Assembly (NCBI RefSeq): GCF_009914755.1
Contig: NC_060927.1
DNA length: 64,000 nt
Source: the human T2T-CHM13v2.0 reference genome, Homo sapiens
Strand: one strand, 5' to 3'
Position numbers and translations under genes: made by a program. The notes under the pieces are model-generated. The model was given only the letters and a program-made list of their open reading frames with translations. It searched no databases and had not been told where the DNA came from. Shown here one piece after another: positions 54,361-64,000 of this stretch (positions are counted from its first letter, which is position 1; each line of letters opens with the position of its first letter).

Positions 54361-54929
54361 CAGTAAGACACCTATAGGTCCTTATACTGTGCACTAGCAG
54401 CCTTGATTTTTTTTTTTTTAACTGTTCACTACCTCACCAAATGAGGAATTGGTACCGATTGGGTGGAGAAGCACGAATGACTGACAGGTTTTATTGTATT
54501 CATTCATTAGCTCAGAAAAACAGTTTTTGAGAACCCACAATATGCCAGGCATGTAAAGCAGCTTCAAAACTGGTATACGGGTAAAAAAATAGATACTCAG
54601 TTTCAAACAAGGGAAGGGAGTATTGGGAAATCTGTAGCCTTCAAAATAGGAGGTCCAGGTCTCATGCATCCTGGAATTTGAGGGAATTTCACCAAAATTA
54701 CTTATTCACCATAATAGCAGATGTGGGAGAGAAAGATGAAAGCTATCGATTGCCATAAATAGATCTCCAAATCCTTTCTTTCATAACATCAATCATTTCA
54801 AAATAACCAAAAAATTAGGAGAAAGTCCCTAGTCAGTACAGAGGATAGAGTGACTTTTAAAGAACTAAAATGCCAGGCAGAACTGAGAGCTTTCAGCCTG
54901 AATACCAAATAGAAAGGTGCAAGAACACT

Positions 54930-55315
54930 ATTGATGGAATGCATGCAGCTATAAGAAAAGCATTTGATATAGTGGTATAAAGTGTTACACTCAAAATTAA
55001 TTCAAATTGACTTAGTAAGGAGTGCTGCCACATAAATTTAAAATTTGCTCAAAGTCTGCAAACAAAGGGTGAAGACAAATGGAAATGTATTGGGTTGGGG
55101 GAGGCAGGGTGCATGGGGGTCATCTTTATTAATGATCTGAAAAAGGGAGAGTAAACAGCATGTTAATGAAACTTGCAAATGACACTAATTTGGGAGGTGT
55201 TGCTCTGATCACTGTGGACAGAGAGGGAATGTAAATGAACCTTAAGTGGTAATAAATATGAAGAGGAAATAACACAATGAGATTCAAGTCAGAAAATGCA
55301 AACCATGCCCAATGC
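54930..55315 (+). mobile_element. Ancient CR1/L3 LINE reverse-transcriptase remnant
   Basis: Translates in pieces to KAFDIV (~54957), IFINDL (~55122) and VNSMLMKLANDTNLGG (~55150-55197), a decayed CR1 KFADDTKLGG catalytic motif. Confidence 0.8.
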
Positions 55316-56929
55316 AGTGACTCGCCCACTCCCACACCAGAGCTCTTTGCCCCTTATGTTTGCAGCATGGTGCTGGGGAGGAAAAGAATATAATGCTAAC
55401 TCAAAAAGGTTTAATCTAACAAAATATTTCTTGCTTGTGCAATTTTTTTCACCAGCCCTTTAAAATTCCACAAAAGGCTTTCCCTGGATTCAGAGCAAGA
55501 GTAGTGCTCTTAGACGATGAGGCTCCATAAATTACAGTGCAGGAGAGGCTGTTAAAAGAAAACAATCAAATAATGAGGGGAACAGAGAGATTGATTTATA
55601 AGAAATGACCCAAAGGGGTAGACATTTGTTAATTGATGGCTAAGTGGTAACATGATAATGACCTGCTGAGATCTCTCCATGACAAATAACCAAGGGAAGG
55701 AAATATTTAGTATCAGATGAGGAACTTCTTCATTCTCTCTGGCAGACAGTGCCTCTCCCTGGGGGCTGCTATTGCACTGAGTTTTTACCAGCCCAGTTCT
55801 GATGGACTTCACCTCTGGGCAGTCCAAGTGCTGGCCCTCTTCACCCTCCATAGTAAAACAATAGAAGAGACGCTTTCTAAACACCCTCACTTCTTATCCC
55901 ATGTGTGCTGCTAGTCACACCCTCCTCACTTTTGCTCCTGACCTGATGAATGGCATCAGTTCAGGGGAAAGAAAGAATTCCAGCAGGACACAGACACACT
56001 GGGAGTGGACACCAACTCCAGCAAAAGGACAGGGGTGGGAGGTGAGAGGCCTCAAGCTGCCATCCTCTTCTCAAACAAGCCTCCTCCCACAGCAAGAAAA
56101 TGAATAGCTCTATGCAAATAGATAATTGTATGCAAATATGAGTTTTGATATGGTTTTTATTTCCCAGCAGGTTCAGCCACCCAAATTTATGGCTTCCAGC
56201 CGGAGATCTCTCTGGGCTGTGCCAGTGACAGATTGTGGATGGAAACTGTGCCAGATAATGTCTTGAGCTTCGTTCAATTCAGAACCCTAGGAAATCAAAG
56301 TGAAAGGAAGCTTAGAGGCTGTTTGTCCCACTTCTTTGTGTTACATTTGAGGACTTAGAACTTAATAAAAGTTTGTTGAATGTATATTTCCCTGAAGAGA
56401 GGCTGCCCAGGATCGAATGGCATTGTCTTACTAGTAACACTAGCAGCTTAACAGAGACCTTGGCTTGTTAGTCTCTGAGGCCCAAGCAATGGTCTTCCCT
56501 CTAACCCAGCTACCTCAAGAAAACTGGGAACATTGGGACCTTATGCCACAGAAGGGAGGAAGCTTTTCCAATGACTGAAGCGGACATCTCAAACCTAGGA
56601 TTTCTGGATAATTCCTAGATGGGTCTAGAATGTGGGCAGTCTTGGCAATTTTTTCATATGCCAACAATGGCACCCATAAGGCAAGCACCATGGCCTTCTC
56701 CACCCCTTTCTCAACTTTCCCAGGCCCCTGGCTGTGCTCCTCTGTCACCGTGCCTCTCCTTGGCCTCATATCCCCAGGGTTCTGAAGCATATTCAGAGAA
56801 TACAGGCAGACAGTTACCACTCCTCATGCTTGGGCTAGCACCACAGAACATTCAAAGCATGTACCACCTTATTAGGTTATCTCAACCACCCTGATAAGAA
56901 AGCAAGGCAATTGTTAATAAGCATCTCCA

Positions 56930-57500
56930 TTTATTCAATAAGCATTTACTGAGCACCTGCTATGTGCCAGACACTACTGGAGATACAGCAATGAGCAAAA
57001 TGAGCAAAGCCCCCAATATCATTCCATGTGGAGAGAGGTGAGGCAACCAGAAAACAAACAAGTACACACAAAAAAATAAGATGGCTTCAGGTGATAGTAA
57101 GTGCAATTAAAATAAATAAAATATGATAATGAAGTAAAAATAATTGGGGGATAGGAAAAGGGCAGTTGTTTTAAAGGGAGGTCAGGGAAGCCTTTCTGTG
57201 GAGGCATATCTAGCAGCAACTCGTAATAAGAAGGAACCAGCCATGCACAGATCAGAAGATGGAATGTTCTGAGAGATGGCAAGCACAAAGACCCTGGGGC
57301 CAGAATAAAGTCACGCTGTTTGAAAAACAGAAATTCCAGTGGCTGGTAGGTCATGAAGGAGATTGGCCTAGAGAAGGTAAAGCCTGGAAGTGGGCGGAAG
57401 CCAGATCATGCAGGAGCAAGTAAAAGAACATGGCAAGCAGTTTGAGTGTTGTTCTGAGGGCTGAAAGAAGGAACCTTTACTTCCGCCTTTCATTTTAAAT
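56930..57500 (-). mobile_element. L2 fragment
   Basis: ATTCAATAAGCATTTACTGAGCACCTGCTATGTGCCAGACACT...GGAGATACAGCAATGA. Confidence 0.88.
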
Positions 57501-57614
57501 GGATGATTCCCTAAATCTCAGAGGGGTTCCTTAGTGCCTCAAAACATCACTCACCAAAGCAATGGGAGCAGCCAGAACCCAAGCCCAGGAACTGTGACTA
57601 AGGTTCTTACCTGA

Positions 57615-57916
<302 letters not shown>

Positions 57917-59793
57917 AGGGGAGATATCATAATCCCTTAAATAATTTCTAATGAGCACCTACGAAAGCAAGAAAACTTGGTCCTGTGTCAACATTCTCCC
58001 ACCCCTTTCCCAGATCCTCTGACAGGGCCAGGCAGCAAGAGGGCAGCTTCTGCACACAGGTCCATAGCCCTCAAAAAATGGCTGCCTCAAAACCAGGACT
58101 GCACCCTTCCCAGTTCCCATTAAAATGAAATTAAATGAGGGGCAGTTGGAAACGCATATCACTGTCTAAGGAGGGGCCAAGAACTGCCTAGATAAATTTT
58201 TGTTAAGTTCTAAAAGAAGTCAATGGCTGCCTTGCAGGCACCCCATGCAATTTTTTCATGTCATCACACCCTGGCAGGATGGTCAAACATGGCCATCTCA
58301 CACTGGATGAGGGATGCGGGAAATAAGGAAGAAGGGGGATTCTGTTGGTCCAGAGAAGCCTGTCTCACTAAGACTCTGTCCCCAGGCTGGCAAGACCCTG
58401 CAAACCAAACCATGGAGTCCAGCATCTACCACGGTTTATCGCTGTCTAACCCACCCTTCATCCTTCATGCTGTGGTAACGTCAGAGACACACATGTCAGG
58501 CCACAGTGAGTGCAGAAAAGCCAACAGAGCCATTACCCCTGTCTCAGGATGCTGCCCAGTACAAACTCCCACTCTCCAGCCCTCAACTCCCTGCTCATCC
58601 CTGCCTGGCTCCCAGATGCTCTGACTCACTATCATTTGCGACCCTCCTCCTCGTCAGTCTCATTCAGAGTCCCTTCACTAACTTCCAAATCTTAGCCCAG
58701 AGACTCAATTCTCTCTCCTAATTCTAGACAAAAGAGCTTCCATCCAGGGCCCTAGATTCAGGTTGGTGGGCTCTCTTAGCCTTCGCACCAGCATCAACAG
58801 TCCCCTTCACTGTCTGCCTTGAGTTTGGCTCTCACTGGGTTCTCTCTGCACAGCCAGGCCTCAACTCATCAGGTCTGTCAGTACCTGATGCTCCAAAAGC
58901 CCCAGAGGCCTGGGCTGTTGACATGGCTTAGGTGATCAGATCCCACAGGGCTCCTCACAGGTCAGGGTTCTCTAACAGCTCTCATTGGTGTCTGAATCCA
59001 AATAAGAGCCCAAAGCTGTGTAGAGTCAGAACCACCAGTGCCATTGTAAACTTCCAAGTTCACACTGGCTTTGTACTTTCAGACAGCAGTCAAGAGTTAA
59101 TGGTGAATCTCAGGATTCTTTAAAAATCTGTTCCAGGATTTTGATTGGATCTGTAAGAAATTGAGAGAAGTCTGAGTTCTAGACTGGGTGTTGCCTAAAG
59201 TCAGAAATAACTTCTCACTGCCACTATTCTGGGTCTTCATATCTCCTTTAGGATCCTCCAGGAAGTTACTAGCATATCAGGGATAGTGTTTCTCTATTCC
59301 AGAGTTCCCAAACAATAGCCATCCTCTATGGCAAGCTCTGGGGCTTCAGAAAATTCACGACAGACCCTAATGATTGTCCTGAGGAGCCAGCAGTGAAGCG
59401 GAAACCTTTATGGTCAGAAGTCTCAGTTCAGAAGTGCACTGATCCCACAGGGAAATCTGTGCCCATATTAGAAGTCCAGCTTCTGGAAGTGCAGTCCTCT
59501 AGCCAAGCCAGTGAGGGCCGTGGAAGTGGTGGCTGGAGTAGCATACAACAGCCCTCTCTGGGGCATGGAGGGACAATGACCTTGAGCTCTGAGTACTCTA
59601 TGAGTCACAGGTAGGTAGTGACTCTATGAGTCTCAGCCCTGGAAGTGAAGATGGGTTGAGTACCACAGAGCTCCCAACCTCATCTGCCTCACCAACCCCT
59701 GGCTTGGCCCCAGATCCCTAACATGAGGCTAAGATTTCATTAGAAGCTACACATCAAGTTCTACGGCCCCTCCTTCAATGTGCCCATGGTCAC

Positions 59794-60374
59794 TGTGATA
59801 GTTAATTTTATGTGTCAACTTAACTGGATCACAGGCTGCCCAGATAACTGATTAAACACTACTTCTAGGTGTGTCTGTGAAGGTATTTCCAGTGAGATGA
59901 GCATTTGACTCAATGGACTAAATAAAGTAGATTGTCTTCCCCAATGTGAGTGGCCACCCTCCAATCCACTGAGGCCTGAATAGAACAAAAGGCAGAGGAA
60001 AGAGGATTCACCCCTTTTTCTGCTTTACTGCTTGAGCTGGAACATCTCTCATCTTCTCCTATACTCGGATTGGAATTTATGCCATTGGTTCCCCTGGTTC
60101 TCAGGCTTTCAGACTCGAACTAAATTATACTACCAGCTTTTCTGGGTCTCCAGCTTACAGATGGTAGAACATGGGACTTCTCAGCCTCCATAATTGCATG
60201 AGTTAATTTCTTATAATAAATCTTCTTTCTTTCATGGATATATGTGTACACACACACACACACACACACACACACCCCCAATAGGAAATCTATAGATACG
60301 GATAAATCTATATAGAGATATATAGATGTAGATGTATATTAGTTCTGTTTCTCTGGAGAACCCTGACTACTACA
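59794..60374 (+). mobile_element. MLT2B/C ERVL solo LTR with internal (CA)n
   Basis: TGTGATAGTTAATTTTATGTGTCAACTT ... CTGGAGAACCCTGACTACTACA; perfect TSD GTCAC; (CA)n at ~60248-60275. Confidence 0.92.
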
Positions 60375-61119
60375 GTCACCTCACCAGCAAGAGCCACAGG
60401 ATCGAGTCAGTTCCTGGCAGTGGCATTAGGCCCTGTCACAGGGCTTAGCCCTACAAGGGCCCTAAATAAATGCCTAGTGAATAACTGGATAGTTGGAATG
60501 GCCATTTGTCCATCATCTTTTGTTCCTTATCTTCTTGTCCCTAGTGGGATGCCCCTGAGGTCAGAGGTATCAGTCATCAGGGACAGTCACACCACAAGAA
60601 TTCCATGAGGCCTTCACGATTGAATAATACTGGTTGCAGGGGAAAGCCAGGGGACTTGTGTTCTGATCCCGGTACTGTCAAATTCCCTGTTTGAGCCTTG
60701 GCAAGTCTGTCCCTCTCTTAGCCTCTGGCTTCTCACCTCTAAATTGGAGAAGGTGCTGAGAGAAGACACTGTTTCTACAATTCCTGGTATACTTGCAGGT
60801 GTGCCTCTTCTGTCTGGTCCTTTCTCAGACCTCCCCCTTTTGGAAATTGAACACCTGTTTCCATGCCCTGTCTCAGGGCTCATCACTGACTATGAGTTGA
60901 CAAGAGGAAACTGGCCACAGAAGCTAAGCTGAGACCTTTTGGGGGATGCAGAGACCTTTGGGATTGATAGGCCCTCCAGCATGGCACTTACAAATAGAAT
61001 TTCTCATGTCTCCCAGTGTTGACTGATCAGAACAACTCTCAGACAATCTCATTCTCACCCCCCAATCCCCAGCTTCCTAAACTATGAGCAGGAAAGGGCT
61101 TTGAACTATATGATGGGGT

Positions 61120-61222
61120 CAGTAGCACTTGCCTCATAGAATCATTGTGACAATTAAGTGAGACACTGTAAGCAAAGCATTTTGCACGTTGTGAGCACTC
61201 AACAAACATTACCTCTTATTAT
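61120..61222 (+). mobile_element. MIR 3' fragment
   Basis: GCCTCATAGAATCATTGTGACAATTAAGTGAGA...TGTAAG...AGCACTCAACAAACATTA. Confidence 0.7.
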
Positions 61223-61774
61223 TTCCTTTCCAGTTTCATTTCCAGGACACACTTTCTGCAATTCCCTTCTCAGTTCTTGGTCCTCTTTTCTTGTGTGCTA
61301 TACTATCATGATGACAATGTCTCCCCCATGGGGCCCTTAGACTTCAGGTCAAGGTCAACTCTGGTTTCTCTCTGTGTCCTCGGAGTCACCATGGGACCTG
61401 GCACCAGGTAGTCTTAGCAAGTGAAAGAGATGCTCTTTCTTGAGACTGCCTTGCTTCCTACCTGCTTCCCATTTATCACACCAGAGGAAGGTAGAGGTAC
61501 CAGGAGGAAGGAAATGACATCTTGGTTGTACATCTTCAGTAGGTGAGACACTGTGCTAGATTCTTGCTCCATGCTGGGGTGAAGGGACTTGTGACCAATG
61601 ACTTCATTATAGCCGCAGACCTCAAGAAGCTTAAAGTATGCATTTCAACTGAAGCCGATGAATGGAAAACAAATACCCTCATGGCAGGCACAAACCTCAG
61701 TCCACAAATTTGGGGGTATAAGAAATCTTACTCTATTTTCTACAGTTTAACTTATTTCTAACTTTTCCAACAGG

Positions 61775-62125
61775 TTAATCAAATAGGTTGGGGTTTGCTG
61801 CAAGGAACAAATTAACCCTGAAATCTCTGTGATATAACGTTGGCTTATTTCTAATTCACGCAGGTCGGCTGGAAAGCTGTGCCTTCTACAGTCATTCAGG
61901 GACCCCAGGATATGAAAGACTCTCCTCTGTCCTCTCAATATGGTGACAGAAGTAAGAAGCTGGAAGGTCACAGAAGACCTTTATCTGCCTTAGCATGGTG
62001 ATTCGTGTCACTTCCATGCATAGCTCATTGATCAGAACTAGTCACTTGTCAAGCCTTAAATGCAAGAGGCTTGGAGTCTTCTTATGTGCTCAGGAGGAAA
62101 AACGAAACAGGATGTGGTCTCTCCA
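61775..62125 (-). mobile_element. MLT1J-like MaLR LTR
   Basis: TGCTGCAAGGAACAAATTAACCCTGAAATCTCTGTG ... CAGTCATTCAGGGACCC ... TCAGAACTAGTCAC ... ATGTGCTCAGGAGGAAA. Confidence 0.7.
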
Positions 62126-64000
62126 ACACTAACTAAACCTCTGTTTCCCACTCCCATAGGTTGTAACACATTTCTAAGTTCTTACCCTGTGCCAAGATAT
62201 TGAAGAGGGGGATTCCCACCTGTATACATGAGTTACCAGTGAGATGTCTGCTGTCCCTTTCCATGTGGCCCCTTCATAACTCACATCTCTCTATTTCTGT
62301 TCCAGTCTTGGTATACGAGCCTGTTCCTTAAAAGTGGTGGGTGATCCCATCTGTACCACGCAGCTGGCTTCACTGAGAGTGACCTCACTGCCTCCCAGTG
62401 GCATAGCCAGGAAGTTGGGCTCAGCTCTTTGTTATTCTGGGCTCTTCAACCTCTTCTCCTCCCATTCCCCAGTCTGAGGGAATAAGTTCTAGGGTGAGGT
62501 TGAGGGTGGAGTTGGGGAAGCCTATCCCCTTGTGTTGTTTCAAGAGGCTTTTTATCTACCCTCTCCCTTTGAAAAACAGGTTTCTTAAAATAAAAAACAA
62601 AAAAAGACCTAGAAGGGAATTGTTTTGCTGACAACATCTGCCTTTTACCCTATTATATACCTTCCTTGAGTCAATGAGCACAGAGCTTGTATTAATAGGA
62701 AGAAAGAATAGGGGAAAATGCAAAAACGAAAAAAGACATAAATTAGAGTTGCAAAGTCTTACCCAGACACACACACAAATAGCACCTTCCTGGGCTTGGA
62801 AAGGAGGAAGTACTCTGCAGGTTAGGCACAATTTCAGGAGGGGACAAGCATGTGTCTATCTGCCCCAGCGGCCAGAGGGGCATTTCAGCATGGTAATTCC
62901 AAGGCAGTCTTAGACCCTCAAATAATGGGAGGCTTGGAGCTCTCCATCATCAATGAATAGAACCTAAAACACACAACTGACCTCATAAGCATGGGGCTGG
63001 GAACAGGCAGTCAGGTTCTCCCAAGAGCATCACCAGCAATGGAAATTGCTACACAGAGATATCAGGGTGTGGGCTCTGTTTCCGTGCTCAAAAAGGACAA
63101 TGTTTTAGCTGAGACACACCGCATTGGACACACCAAAGGAGGGGATTGATGAGGAGTATCTAGGACACACGAGGTAGGGCACAGAGTCAGGGTAAGAGGA
63201 GCCCCCGTCAGAAAACTGTGGGAGGCTTTGGTCCCATACTCCCATCACAGGTGCCCAAATGTATCTTCTAGAGGAAGAGAAGTCTTCCTGCCCACCATGG
63301 CCCATGGCTGCCCATCAGAGAGCCCTTTTTTGGTACTGAATCCTTCCTTCATGCCTGGAAAAGGGATAACTAAATGTATAGCCACTGAGATATTTCAGCT
63401 AAATCTAGTCTGTTATCCTCAAAGGGATTCGATTTCTTTAAGATTCACTTTGGATGGCTTAAATTCCCATACCTATTTTATTGTTGACATGAGGCACTGG
63501 GTGTAGTGGTGGCTTTTAATGTTTCTTTGTTTATTTTAAGCTCACCACTGGCTTTCATGCGGATTTAAATTGAATCACTCTGCCCAGCAGTGAGCTTCTT
63601 TATTGTTTAAAAGCTGATCACATCTCTTTCTGAAAAGCACAGCGTACTTGTTACCCTTGCTACAAAGCAGCCACAATTTACTGAGCTGAAAATCAATATG
63701 TGATTGAATCCAACATGTGCTCTTCTCTGGAATTCTTACAGCCTTTCAACTGATGGTCCCACATCACTGTCCCACCCAGGCATTTACCTTCAAAATCTGG
63801 AGAGAAAAGAATCCATTTTCCAATGAATGAAAAAAAAAAACACTAAAAGAATGATTTCAAACACCAAAGAGAGATTCAGTATTATTTGGGAGCTGAGCAG
63901 ACAATCCTTGGGCAAGGAAATAAATGACAAATTTTAAACTAAACCAGAGGTCTAGTCTACAATGTTCAGCTAGCTAGAAGGAGTCACTGTCTGGAACCTA

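Overview
Primate nuclear DNA, human-like: AluY, AluS and AluJ copies, L1PA/L1MA LINEs and MaLR/ERV LTRs are present, and CpG is depleted. I find no credible protein-coding gene, rRNA, tRNA, CRISPR array or CpG island, and I cannot name the locus. Roughly half or more of the window is transposon-derived. The centre (23.1-37.6 kb) is a full-length antisense L1MA with its target-site duplication (TSD) still visible. It hosts MSTA, MSTB and a near full-length L1PA15/16-like element, which in turn hosts an LTR8 and a complex templated patch. Best observations: (i) a 116-bp identical tract shared by two otherwise diverged AluY copies 5.9 kb apart, consistent with interlocus gene conversion; (ii) a ~200-bp patch of MER58A and MER1 fragments plus a local inverted duplication inside an L1 5'UTR monomer array; (iii) a twin-primed inverted L1MA inside MLT2D inside MLT1; (iv) an unexplained ~33-bp inverted look-alike pair 4.7 kb apart; (v) candidate non-coding exons and enhancer-like motif clusters. 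Subfamily names come from remembered consensus sequences, not a RepeatMasker run, and boundaries of old repeats are approximate. I do not see a new biological system here.
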